The notes under the pieces are model-generated. The model made no database searches. It saw only the letters and a program-made list of their open reading frames with translations, and had not been told where the DNA came from. DNA of 64,000 nt from Nostoc sp. (lineage in GTDB: Bacteria > Cyanobacteriota > Cyanobacteriia > Cyanobacteriales > Nostocaceae), in the NCBI GenBank assembly GCA_036918135.1, contig JBALDB010000002.1:96001-160000 (forward strand), in the 5' to 3' direction. Made by a program: the position numbers and the translations under genes. Each line of letters begins with the position of its first letter. The first letter of the stretch is position 1. Of the stretch, positions 9,228 through 19,147 are shown in pieces.

Positions 9228-11699
9228 TTAAGTTCCACCGAGCGCAGCACAAGTTAATTGAGGCTGTATATTTGCCGGAGATGGCGCTGCAACTAACTCA
9301 ACTTGGCCTTTTGCGTTGCGATGCCAGGAAGTGGCTTCGATGAGAATCTCTGGCGATTTAGGCGTTTGGGCAGTGACATTACCAGTTTTGCGGTATGCTC
9401 TAAGGTCGCGGATATCAGACCAACTGCGATCGCTCGTCACTTGTTGATTGGGATTTTGCGGCACACCACCCCGTCCCGTTGCCACAAAGCGACTGCCTTG
9501 AGTACCCGAACAACCTGTGGCAATTTGCTCAGATGGATCGGTAACATTTGCTGGTAGTTGGACTAAACCCGAATTTGGATTGACGCCGATAGTATTAACT
9601 TGAACTGTGCCGCTAACCCCAAATTGGGAACTAGCGGTGATGTCATTCTCTGATGTCAGTTGGGAACGAAACTTCAGTCCGAAAAGCCCTTGGGTGCTGA
9701 TTTGAATATTGCCCCCCCGACCTTTCACAGCATTAGCAATAATGTCACTGTTTTCTAAACCCACAATAATGGGAGCATTGAGCGTGATATTACCACCATC
9801 ACCTGCTTCCTTAGCTTCAACAGAAATTTTGCTATTACCGCGCATGAGCAATAGTTGTTGAGCATTAAGAGCTAAGTTCCCTCCGTTACCAGATTGTGTA
9901 GCTGCGGAAATCGTTCCGCGATTAGTCAGGAGAATCGAGTCTGCATAAACCTCGAAATTACCTGCATTACCCGTACCCTCATTTCTCACACCTATGTCAG
10001 CTCGATCTGTAACGCGCAATTGAGGTGTCATCAAAATTACCCCTCCAGCATTACCTGTGGGAATTTCAGGTAGCCCATAAGCTGCACGGGTGACAGGATC
10101 GAGGCGTAGTGCATTAGATCCTATACTGCTACTCACAGTGCCATTTGGTGATGCGCCGCTCACCTCGATGAAGTCTGAAGCCACAATCTTGACATTGCCA
10201 GCATTTCCGATTGCGCCAGTCGAGGATGTGACCAAGCTTCCATTTCGCACTGTTAATTGTTTAGTTGCGATCGTGAGATTTCCAGCATTTCCAGATCCTA
10301 CTGTTGATGAAGCTAGAGTGCTAGGGAGCAATGTGAGGTTATTAATTCCAGAAACGTCTACCGAGTCTGAGGCATCGATTTGGACATTACCACCATCGCC
10401 AGTTCTCCCAGCAGTTGACCCAATGGTAGCGCCGTTAGTAGCTGTGAGTTTTTGGGTTGAAAGGGTAAGATTTCCTGCCTTTCCAGAACCAGCTGACCTT
10501 GTTAAAATCAATGTCGTTGCTGAAGGATTGACAGGGCTAAATCCACTGGCTGAGATTGATTCGGAAGCCTTTACCATGATATTTCCACCCTGCCCTGAAC
10601 TCAAGTTTTGAGTTATGATTTGCGCTCCATCCCAAAGCAATAATTGCTTGGTTGAGATGGTAATATTTCCGGCTTGCCCTACTCCGATTGTGCTGCTTAT
10701 CAAGCGGCTGCTTGTAGTTCCCGCTAGGTCTGTTCCTACAAGGCTGAACGAGCCAGTGGCATTTATTGTAATTCGATCCGATGAGAGGGCACCTTGATTT
10801 AGAGTGGTGACAGCTGAACCTTGCAAAAGGCTGATATTTTTTCCTTGCATTTGAATAGCACTACTTCCAAGCCCAAAGCCAGATATTTGTGCGTGCCGAG
10901 TTAACTGAATATCGCTTAGCTCCCCAACATTAGAATAATCAAATGTCCATCCCTGACTGGTGGGACTAAGGCTAACTTGTCCTGATTGGACACTACCGAG
11001 TTCGATGGAGCCATTGACGGTTTTGAGAACGCCACCTGCTATATCAATGTCATTTCCTAATAAAGCAAGGGTCTTTCCGGAACTCACTTGTAAGCTTAGT
11101 GGATTTTGAGAGATGCTATCGGTCGAGTTTTGTACTGCGATGCCTACGGCAGGCTGCGCCAACGCGCCTGAATTTTGCCCAAACTGCAAGCCAACTGGTA
11201 CACTAATTGTCAACAAGGGGGCCACTGTGCTGTTGGTAGCACTAAACTCCACCCCATCAGCAAACTTAATGCTATTTGCAGTTGTACCAACAAAAGATCC
11301 ACCAATATTCAGTTGGGCATTAGGCCCAAAGATAATGCCACTGGGATTAATTAAAAATAGACTTACGGGATTATTGCTGTTGATGGTTTTAATCACGCCA
11401 TCAATATGGGAAATGCTACCTCCTGTAACACGACTGAATATGGTGGATATATCAGGTGTGTTGACTAAATCAAAGATGGCTGAAGTACCAGTAGGAACAG
11501 TAAATTGCTGGAAACTGTGAAATAGGTTACTGTTGGCAGCACTGCCGTTAGTGATGGTAAAGTGATTACCACTTTTATAGACAGTGGTGTTGAGGGTGCC
11601 ATCTGACGTGACCTGGGCGTTAGCAAAGCCGCAGCAGAGGAACATCCCACCTGTTAAAACTCCCTTAATCAAATTCCAGCAAACAGAGGGCGCTTTCAT
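9228..11699 (-). CDS. Filamentous haemagglutinin (TpsA-like) exoprotein
   Basis: Signal peptide, NLFHSFQQF, RVTGGSIS.IDG and LINPSGIIFG TPS domain; repeated GNAGN-type beta-helix units; C-terminal GRGGVP. Confidence 0.92.
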   Translation of the reverse strand: MKAPSVCWNLIKGVLTGGMFLCCGFANAQVTSDGTLNTTVYKSGNHFTITNGSAANSNLFHSFQQFTVPTGTSAIFDLVNTPDISTIFSRVTGGSISHIDGVIKTINSNNPVSLFLINPSGIIFGPNAQLNIGGSFVGTTANSIKFADGVEFSATNSTVAPLLTISVPVGLQFGQNSGALAQPAVGIAVQNSTDSISQNPLSLQVSSGKTLALLGNDIDIAGGVLKTVNGSIELGSVQSGQVSLSPTSQGWTFDYSNVGELSDIQLTRHAQISGFGLGSSAIQMQGKNISLLQGSAVTTLNQGALSSDRITINATGSFSLVGTDLAGTTSSRLISSTIGVGQAGNITISTKQLLLWDGAQIITQNLSSGQGGNIMVKASESISASGFSPVNPSATTLILTRSAGSGKAGNLTLSTQKLTATNGATIGSTAGRTGDGGNVQIDASDSVDVSGINNLTLLPSTLASSTVGSGNAGNLTIATKQLTVRNGSLVTSSTGAIGNAGNVKIVASDFIEVSGASPNGTVSSSIGSNALRLDPVTRAAYGLPEIPTGNAGGVILMTPQLRVTDRADIGVRNEGTGNAGNFEVYADSILLTNRGTISAATQSGNGGNLALNAQQLLLMRGNSKISVEAKEAGDGGNITLNAPIIVGLENSDIIANAVKGRGGNIQISTQGLFGLKFRSQLTSENDITASSQFGVSGTVQVNTIGVNPNSGLVQLPANVTDPSEQIATGCSGTQGSRFVATGRGGVPQNPNQQVTSDRSWSDIRDLRAYRKTGNVTAQTPKSPEILIEATSWHRNAKGQVELVAAPSPANIQPQLTCAALGGT
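11137..11165. repeat. 21-nt SDR5-like element inserted in a HIP1 site, in frame
   Basis: GCGAT|gcctacggcaggctgcgccaa|CGC adds 7 codons to the FHA gene; a related degenerate copy lies at 34331-34355. Confidence 0.75.
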
Positions 11700-11821
11700 C
11701 ACTCGGTTTCTATCAATATTTATATAAGTAGGGTTCCCCAAATGGCGTTGTGTTTAAACATAAACATCCTTTGAGGTTGTTTAAGAAAACTCCTTTAGCA
11801 ATTCCGAACAATAACCAAGGA

Positions 11822-12089
11822 TTAAAACGGCGAATACTGCACTCAAAAGTACAAACCATTTTCCTGAAGCAATCGCTTTTCTCCTTCGACTGATGTCAGC
11901 GGAATACCCCAATCTATGCGGCACAAAAGTTATTGCCCTGTTTCCACAGCAGCCTTAAATTAGTACCCACTAATGTACTTGGTGATGGATTATCGCCCTT
12001 AGTATTCCAGTACCGACATCAATAAAGGGTGTCAGTTGCAGTACTTCTCCCAGTTTTGGCGCACACACAATTGGTAACCGAAATTCTGC
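11822..12089 (-). pseudogene. 3' remnant of a ShlB/FhaC (TpsB) outer-membrane transporter
   Basis: Manual translation: AEFRLPIV..LQLTPFIDVGT/WNTKGDNPSPSTLVGT..LLWKQG/GIPLTSVEGEKRLLQENGLYF*VQYSPF*, with frameshifts and an internal stop. Confidence 0.85.
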
Positions 12090-12180
12090 GGTCTTAATGA
12101 TAAGTCTTTAAGCAGACACGATATAACCCAGGCAGAAACGAGGTTATATATGTGTGGGTTAGATGATTTACAGTAATAAT

Positions 12181-12203
12181 TACTCACTTTTTCTCACCGA
12201 CAC
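12181..12203 (+). promoter_or_regulatory. Putative operator TACTCACTTTTTCTCACCGACAC (copy 1)
   Basis: 22/23 identical to 13962-13984; internal CTCAC-N5-CTCAC direct repeat; both copies preceded by TTTACAGT. Confidence 0.6.
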
Positions 12204-12428
12204 CAAAAAAATAAGCAAATATTCTAAAAATTGCCAGTTTTATAATAGATTTCAAGAAGTTGAGGCTTCAGAGATTTTAATTTTGTTTTTAATTTGTGTG
12301 GCATCGCTGGTATTTTTGACAGCATTAGCTTGAAAAGTCCAACAGTATTTTTGATTCAATCTGTACCTGCAATATTGGCTTTATTGCTGTTATGCTTTCC
12401 TAATCTTCAAAAGAGGTTAATTTTCACA

Positions 12429-12815
12429 ATGCTAGAAATACCAGAAGAAATTCAAAAGCAAATAAAAAGATGGCATCGAGATGCAGTGATATTACACTCT
12501 ATTTATATAAGTTTGGGAGTAATTTCTATACTTTCATCCTTGATAGTCGCTACCTTTGTTCAAGAACTTGGAACATTTAAGACAAAAATTTTTGCTGCAA
12601 TTAGTGCAGCTTCAGTTGGAATTATCAATACTACAGGTGTTGGGCGAAAGGGTAACGGATTTCGTCAAGCTCAAAGATACTTAAAAACTGAAACAATAAG
12701 ATTCAGTGCTGGAAAGAGTTCTATTGATGATTTAGCAAAAGCTTTTGCAGAAGCAGAATCGATGATAGGAGATGTAGAAATTAAGATACGGGATTCATCA
12801 GATTCAGGACAATGA
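12429..12815 (+). CDS. Small two-transmembrane protein, SLATT/DUF4231-like
   Basis: ATG after a GAGG motif; N-terminal helix, two hydrophobic segments, basic helical tail. Confidence 0.6.
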   Translation: MLEIPEEIQKQIKRWHRDAVILHSIYISLGVISILSSLIVATFVQELGTFKTKIFAAISAASVGIINTTGVGRKGNGFRQAQRYLKTETIRFSAGKSSIDDLAKAFAEAESMIGDVEIKIRDSSDSGQ

Positions 12816-12943
12816 TATAGCAATCCTATTTAATTTATGATAATTGAAAGTTACAGATACTAGACTTATTTGAGAAGTCAAAGACAAAATCTCTGACGAA
12901 TGATTTCAGATTGGTAAATCTAATTTAAATTTATACAACCTGC

Positions 12944-13870
12944 TTATTCAGGAAAAAATAAACGGATAGAACAATAAAATCCGGGTAAAAGTGGCGATGT
13001 GATTTCATCATCATCTAACAAAGTTGCAACTAATACCAACTGTGCTTTTTCTCGACGATAAACTTCAACTTTTTGAGTGAAGCGATCGACAATCCAATAC
13101 TCACGCACGCCTTGAACCGAATATAGTTTCAATTTTGCTTCTTTGTCTCGAAGTTCGTTTTGTTTACCAGGAGATAAAACTTCCACTACTAACTCTGGTG
13201 CGCCTGTTAAATGTCCGGCTTCATCTTCAATTCGTGCTAGTCTTTCTCGACTTACCCAAACTACATCCGGGATAACGCTATCTGCTTGGGAAAAAATTAT
13301 CCCTGGAGTTACAATTGTTTCTCCTAAACCACTCAAGTCTGACCAAGTATCGAGTTGTCGGAATATTTTGCCACAAACTTGTTGATGACGGCGGTGAGGA
13401 GTGCGAGTCACAAAGAGTTCTCCATTAATAATTTCATAACGTGTCCACTCATTTTCGGGTAGAACCTCTAAATCGTGAACTGTCCAGCGTATTCCATCAA
13501 TAGCTTGGTTCATGATTGTTCTCGTTTGCGTTGTTGCCTTTGTTTGTTTGATTTTATCTAATTCAAAGATGTTGATGTTGGTAGCTTTTTTTGAATGTCT
13601 ATTGTTTGGAGACTGCTGATAGCAACGCAAAACAGCTTGGATATTTTTTTTACATACTTCTTGACCAAATACCTGAGAAAGCGATCGCCACAACTGGCAA
13701 CCGATTTGCTTAATATAGTCGTGTTCATAACTTATCTGCACCGCAATTTCCGCATAGGTGCGTCCCAACCAACTTTCCAGAAAGACCACAGATTGAACGT
13801 CATTGAGCCTTTCCCCAAACGTAGAGCATAAAAGACTATCGATTATATTCAGCGCTTCTTCTGGGGTCAT
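12944..13870 (-). CDS. Fusion of an N-terminal HTH (type found on cyanobacterial NB-ARC/WD40 regulators) to a Uma2/DUF820 endonuclease
   Basis: LNDVQ.VVF..SW.G.TY.EIA....Y...YIK..G..LW..LS N-terminus; PDVVWVS, PELVVEVLSP and K..LY...GV.EYWIVD Uma2 motifs; alternative Uma2 start at 13513. Confidence 0.85.
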   Translation of the reverse strand: MTPEEALNIIDSLLCSTFGERLNDVQSVVFLESWLGRTYAEIAVQISYEHDYIKQIGCQLWRSLSQVFGQEVCKKNIQAVLRCYQQSPNNRHSKKATNINIFELDKIKQTKATTQTRTIMNQAIDGIRWTVHDLEVLPENEWTRYEIINGELFVTRTPHRRHQQVCGKIFRQLDTWSDLSGLGETIVTPGIIFSQADSVIPDVVWVSRERLARIEDEAGHLTGAPELVVEVLSPGKQNELRDKEAKLKLYSVQGVREYWIVDRFTQKVEVYRREKAQLVLVATLLDDDEITSPLLPGFYCSIRLFFPE

Positions 13871-13961
13871 TGGTCAGCCTGCTTTGTTTATGGGATCGAT
13901 TTATGAGATTTCTGTTTTTCAGGAGATAATTATGCTTGACGTTACAAATTTTTACAGTCAG

Positions 13962-13984
13962 TACTCACTTTTTCTCACTGACAC
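13962..13984 (+). promoter_or_regulatory. Putative operator TACTCACTTTTTCTCACTGACAC (copy 2)
   Basis: Lies between the divergent HTH-Uma2 and amidase genes; matches 12181-12203. Confidence 0.6.
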
Positions 13985-14066
13985 AGCGATGGCATTTGGC
14001 TTAATAATTAATACACTGGAAGCAGATAATGCGTACCTCAAAATTTCTAACAAGGAGATTAACTCG

Positions 14067-14828
14067 ATGAAATTTGGTATTGATATGGGACACAATTGCC
14101 CTCCAGATACAGGAGCAACAGGTATCAAACAAGAAGATGTTTTAACTAAAGCAGTTGGTACACATTTAATTCAAAAACTCAAAGCAGCAGGTCATACGGC
14201 TATTGATTGCACTCCCACTAGCGCTACCAGTGTCACCGATTCTTTGAGACAACGAACTAATAAAGCAAATGCTAATAATGTTAATATTTTTGTCTCGATT
14301 CACTTCAATAAATTCACTGGTACAGCCAATGGTACAGAAGTTTATGCCATTAGTAATGTATCACAAGGTATTGCTCAATCAGTTCTCAAAGAGATTGTTA
14401 AACTTGGTTTTCATAGCAGAGGAGTGAAAAATACAGGCTTCTTTGTTCTCAAGAATACACAAATGCCAGCTATTTTAATTGAGTGCTGCTTTTGTGACGC
14501 TAAAGTAGATATGGATCGCTTTGATGCTGAAAAAATGGCAGAAGCAATTAAGGATGGATTAATTGGTGAGTCAGATAACGTTCAACCTAAATCTGATAAG
14601 AAATACGTTTTGGAAATTACAACAAAAACTCTTCTCAAACCTTCTACTGAGCAGGGTTCAGACCTACCCAAAGAATCTTTATTTGAGATTGACCCAAAAG
14701 ATTATCCAGTTTTAGATATCCGTTTTGAGGAAAATCATTATTGGGTTAAGTGGCCTGATAAAAGTAAAGGAAATCGAGACGAACATTTTGTTTTTGCTGG
14801 ACATAGCAAAGTTATAGAAAAAGATTAG
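14067..14828 (+). CDS. N-acetylmuramoyl-L-alanine amidase (Amidase_3) with C-terminal extension
   Basis: AAGGAG RBS then MKFGIDMGH; E, SIHFN and PAILIE zinc/catalytic motifs; no signal peptide. Confidence 0.9.
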   Translation: MKFGIDMGHNCPPDTGATGIKQEDVLTKAVGTHLIQKLKAAGHTAIDCTPTSATSVTDSLRQRTNKANANNVNIFVSIHFNKFTGTANGTEVYAISNVSQGIAQSVLKEIVKLGFHSRGVKNTGFFVLKNTQMPAILIECCFCDAKVDMDRFDAEKMAEAIKDGLIGESDNVQPKSDKKYVLEITTKTLLKPSTEQGSDLPKESLFEIDPKDYPVLDIRFEENHYWVKWPDKSKGNRDEHFVFAGHSKVIEKD

Positions 14829-14857
14829 TTACTTGTCTCTAAATATTAGTTTAATAC

Positions 14858-14895
14858 TTAGATTTACGATTTATTAGATAATTCGTAAATCTAAA
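14858..14895. terminator. Stem-loop after the amidase gene
   Basis: ttagatttacga...tcgtaaatctaa inverted repeat. Confidence 0.5.
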
Positions 14896-15244
14896 TTTAT
14901 CCATTTTTATATTACTGAGTAAAACTTACTCGACCAATTCTAACTATAGTAATCTACTTTAATTTTTAAACTTATTTACATAGGTAGGAAATAGGAGGAG
15001 CGACTGCTGGGACAGGGGTTTACCCATGAGCAACTGCCGTCAAGTGGCGTTAGGAAACACGGCAAACACACAGGAATTATAAAACCCTTATCCAACAGAA
15101 TCTTCTTAAAGAAATTCAAAACGAATCGTTTGCAACTAAGTAAGCCGGTGGGGAAATTTTCTAATCCTAAATGGTAAATTCTGATTTCAATCAGTGAGAA
15201 TCTTAATCTCCAACAAATTGTAGTTCTTTATTTTTTAGAAGTTC

Positions 15245-16624
15245 TTACAATTTCTGCCCTGCGTAAATTGATCGCACTTCGCCGTTACGCCGAATCACTG
15301 CTTCACCATTACTGACATCAACAAGTGTCCATCCGCTCGAACCAATGCTTTCACCCATATTGATGCGACGAGTCACGCCATCGATTTTAAATAAAGCGGC
15401 AGATTTGTTGCCTAATTCTAGTAATCCTTCTAGTGTACTGCTCGGAGCCTCTGCGATCGCAGTTGGCAAATACACCTGATGCTCGGTGATAGTTGGTTCT
15501 GATTCTGGTGCGAGTGCTGCACGTAATGGCACAACTGGTAATGCAGGCAGAGGCTTGGGTGTTTGTCGCACGGTAATGGGTGCAGTTTTCGTAGCTATAG
15601 CTTTGAGTTCTGGTAGCACAGCCGCAGCTAACATGTTGACAGTAGCGGGCTTGGCAGCTTGTCGCACGCTATTCAAGGCACTTTTCACAACATTAGGTTG
15701 AGAACCCCGCAACGCACTCGCAACTTGTGGTAAAAGTGTGGGAGTGCCAGGAATCACCGGCAGGGCGTAGCGCATTGGCGATGGTACAGGCACGTAAATG
15801 CGTTCAACAACCTTTCCAGAACGGTTAGAAGTTGGTAGTGCATTGTTAGCTGCTAGTGGTACTGGTGGTAGATTATCAGTTGGTTGCTCGTTGGCAACAG
15901 TTATTTGGTTAGTATTTGCCTGAGTGGTAAATCCCGGTCTGTCATAGTTTTGATGATTTTTTACATCTTGCTTATCTATAACTGCTAGGGCACTCACCAT
16001 GTAGTCAACTAACTCTGCCTCAACTTGTGGTTTTGTCGGCAATTGTGACTGGGGCTGCGGCACTAAAAGAGCTGATTGGGGCAATTTGCTATTAAAAAGA
16101 TGGATAACGCCAGACTGTACCAGGTAAATCATACTGGCGATCGCCACACCTAATGTTGTTCCCACAATCAGCAGTTTGCCTAAACTAGAACTGGTTTTCT
16201 GAGGCTTTCTACTAACTGGTTTGACGGTAGCGGGGTCAAATACAACCGTACTCAATTGCTTGTGGTTAGTTTCAGTAACTGACTCTACTGGGCTATCGGC
16301 TGTTGGTAAGATAATCTGCGGCATGGTAAGTGTTTGCAGTGGGTTGCCGATGCCAGTTACTACAGTGGGAAAATCAGAGCGGCGGTTGGGGCTGGTTTGA
16401 ACTTCAAAAGAAACCCCAGCAGCGGATTGGCTCGACTTTTTCGGAGTGCTGTGCTTAATGGTTTGAGAAACTAAATTACCACTAGCATCGAGAATGTGGT
16501 CTATATCCGCAAACAGTTCATCCATCAAGCCCTCAGCATAGATTTCTATCGACCAAGGTTCGTTGGCGATTAAGTCCTCTGATGGTTCTGGAATTATGAG
16601 ACGGGTGGTGGCTTGTTGTAACAT
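15245..16624 (-). CDS. Membrane-anchored Pro-rich hypothetical protein with a PilP/GspC-like C-terminal beta domain
   Basis: One TM segment, low-complexity linker, LEGLLELGNKSAALF...GESIG..GWTL..V....A.I C-terminus. Confidence 0.6.
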   Translation of the reverse strand: MLQQATTRLIIPEPSEDLIANEPWSIEIYAEGLMDELFADIDHILDASGNLVSQTIKHSTPKKSSQSAAGVSFEVQTSPNRRSDFPTVVTGIGNPLQTLTMPQIILPTADSPVESVTETNHKQLSTVVFDPATVKPVSRKPQKTSSSLGKLLIVGTTLGVAIASMIYLVQSGVIHLFNSKLPQSALLVPQPQSQLPTKPQVEAELVDYMVSALAVIDKQDVKNHQNYDRPGFTTQANTNQITVANEQPTDNLPPVPLAANNALPTSNRSGKVVERIYVPVPSPMRYALPVIPGTPTLLPQVASALRGSQPNVVKSALNSVRQAAKPATVNMLAAAVLPELKAIATKTAPITVRQTPKPLPALPVVPLRAALAPESEPTITEHQVYLPTAIAEAPSSTLEGLLELGNKSAALFKIDGVTRRINMGESIGSSGWTLVDVSNGEAVIRRNGEVRSIYAGQKL

Positions 16625-16850
16625 AGACGTTCTATCTTTATTACTAGGTCAGGGAAATGCCGCTCCTGCTGCCTTTTATCAGGATTATCAATCAAATATT
16701 CAATCGCCCGTCTGATGAAGACGAGTTATTGAGCGGTGGTATTAAAATCAACTTCAATCTGGGGATTGTTAATGATGGCAGTACTAAGATTTATGTCATC
16801 TATCATACCCATCTCCCTCTTTACTACTATACTCACCCTTTATGAAGTTT

Positions 16851-18776
16851 TTATGAGATTAACGCTGTAAACCCTGACTGGCTCTTGGTTTTACGTAATT
16901 CTAAATATAATAATAAAGCGTTGATGTCGGCTGGGTTTACACCACCTATACGTGCAGCTTGACCGAGAGTAAGTGGTTTTACGTGAGTCAGTTTTTCTCG
17001 CGCTTCTTTAGAAAGAGTATCAATTTTTGCATAATCTAAATCCGCAGGTAACTGGCGGTGGGCTTGGCGGGCGATTTGGTCAATCTGATTTTGTTGCCTA
17101 GCGAGATATCCAGAATACTTGATGTCAATTTCTGCGCCTTCTTTCTCAGCGCGGTTGAGGTCGGGGTTTCCCAGTCCGAACCTGTCGAGGTCAACGTAAT
17201 GGAATCCCGGACGCCGCAGTAAGTCATTTAGGGTTATTGAACCTTTGATTGCTTGCTGGGTATGAGAAGCGATCGCTATACCAATTTCATCATGTTCTTT
17301 GATGCGCGTGTTGGATAGCCGTGATTTTTCTGTGGTAATCTGGGTTTGTTTTTGGGTAAATAAATTCCAACGGCGATCGTTAATTAAACCAATTTCTCGT
17401 CCCAAGGGTGTCAGGCGTTGGTCGGCATTGTCAGAACGCAAAATCAACCGATATTCTGACCTACTAGTAAGCATTCGGTAAGGTTCGCGCAGGTCTTTAG
17501 TACACAAGTCATCAACTAGTGTCCCAATGTAACTATGCTCGCGGGGGAAGACAATCATCTCCTGAGAGCGAGCAAACCGAGCTGCATTAATTCCCGCTAC
17601 CAGACCTTGAGCTGCGGCTTCCTCATAGCCTGTGGTGCCGTTAATCTGCCCAGCACAAAACAGCCCAGCAATCTTCTTGGTCATCAGTGTGGAGTAACAC
17701 TGAGTTGCAGGTAAATAGTCATATTCCACAGCATAAGCCGGACGCAGCATTACACATTTTTCTAAACCAGGCAGAGTCCGCAACATCTGTAGTTGCAAAT
17801 TTTCTGGCAACCCTGTAGAAAACCCTTGAATATAAAGTTCGGGTATATCTCTTCCTTCCGGCTCAATAAAGATTTGATGACTTTCTTTATCAGCAAAGCG
17901 GACAATCTTATCTTCAATACTGGGACAATAACGCGGCCCCTTGGCTTCCACCCAACCACCATAAACTGGTGACAGGTGTAAATTTTCCTGAATTAAGCGA
18001 TGAGTATCAGTAGTTGTACGCGTAATATAGCAAGGCATTTGTTCGCGTTCTACCCATACATCCGGGTCAAAGCTAAACCAGCGCACATCTTCATCCCCTG
18101 GCTGGATTTGCATTTTACTGTAATCTACGGATCGCTTGTCTACCCTAGCTGGGGTTCCGGTTTTAAGCCTACCGGTTTCAAATCCCAAGCGATTTAGGGT
18201 TTGTGTCAATCCCTCAGCCGCAAATTCGCCAGCTCGTCCCGCCGGCATTGATTTGTTACCTACCCAAATTTTGCCACCCAAAAAGGTGCCAGTTGTCAAG
18301 ATGACGGCTTTGCATTGGAACGCCACACCAAAATAAGTTTCCACGCCGATGACTTCATCGTTAGCGCCCAGCACCAAGTCAACTGCCATACTTTCACGGA
18401 TGGTCAAGTTTTCTTGATTTTCCACAATATTTTTCATCACTGCTGCATATTCGCGCTTGTCAGTTTGGGCGCGTAAAGCCCAAACAGCAGGCCCTCGTGA
18501 AGAGTTGAGGATGCGCTTTTGTAAGTAGGTGCGGTCTGCCATTTTCCCAATTTCCCCACCGAGTGCATCTACCTCATGAGTCAACTGGGATTTCGCTGGG
18601 CCACCTACTGCTGGGTTACAGGGTTGCCAAGCGATTTTATCCAAATTGAGTGTCAATAGCAAGGTACGACAACCGAGGCGGGCAGAGGCAAGAGCTGCTT
18701 CGCAACCGGAGTGACCTGCACCGACGACAATCACATCAAAAGCGTCTTGGAATTCAACAACGTTGTGCATGGTCAT
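16851..18776 (-). CDS. mnmG: tRNA uridine-5-carboxymethylaminomethyl(34) synthesis enzyme MnmG
   Basis: [33 protein letters not shown] and [16 protein letters not shown] motifs. Confidence 0.98.
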   Translation of the reverse strand: MTMHNVVEFQDAFDVIVVGAGHSGCEAALASARLGCRTLLLTLNLDKIAWQPCNPAVGGPAKSQLTHEVDALGGEIGKMADRTYLQKRILNSSRGPAVWALRAQTDKREYAAVMKNIVENQENLTIRESMAVDLVLGANDEVIGVETYFGVAFQCKAVILTTGTFLGGKIWVGNKSMPAGRAGEFAAEGLTQTLNRLGFETGRLKTGTPARVDKRSVDYSKMQIQPGDEDVRWFSFDPDVWVEREQMPCYITRTTTDTHRLIQENLHLSPVYGGWVEAKGPRYCPSIEDKIVRFADKESHQIFIEPEGRDIPELYIQGFSTGLPENLQLQMLRTLPGLEKCVMLRPAYAVEYDYLPATQCYSTLMTKKIAGLFCAGQINGTTGYEEAAAQGLVAGINAARFARSQEMIVFPREHSYIGTLVDDLCTKDLREPYRMLTSRSEYRLILRSDNADQRLTPLGREIGLINDRRWNLFTQKQTQITTEKSRLSNTRIKEHDEIGIAIASHTQQAIKGSITLNDLLRRPGFHYVDLDRFGLGNPDLNRAEKEGAEIDIKYSGYLARQQNQIDQIARQAHRQLPADLDYAKIDTLSKEAREKLTHVKPLTLGQAARIGGVNPADINALLLYLELRKTKSQSGFTALIS

Positions 18777-19147
18777 ACTTACAGGAACAGCAAGCTGAAA
18801 GTTCTTTTCAATTTTAACGTTTCCAGTGATTTCAGGGATGTAACTTTCTGATAAATAAGTTATCAACTTTACTATTGCTCAATAATAAATACATTTCTAT
18901 TTTTGATAAATATTTTTTAGATTGTCAGTCACAAACACAAGTTGAATTTATCTGTAATGTATATTAAATATCTCGCTCAAGAATACTTCGATATTCAACC
19001 ACAGTAGTAGTGGCGTACAACTGTGCATCCCTAATAAAATTGCTATAATTTATCGTCATTAAGCTCTATTTAGAATTTATAAATAGCTGATTGTCAGTTA
19101 AAATTTAGCAAAACTAATTGTAAATATATTTAGGTAAACTTTTAAAA

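Noticed and set aside
10090..11650. ORFs antisense to or overlapping the FHA gene
   Set aside because: Shadow frames of a well-supported gene
13803..14066. N-terminal extension of the amidase ORF
   Set aside because: Overlaps the divergent gene and the operator; a strong RBS supports the start at 14067
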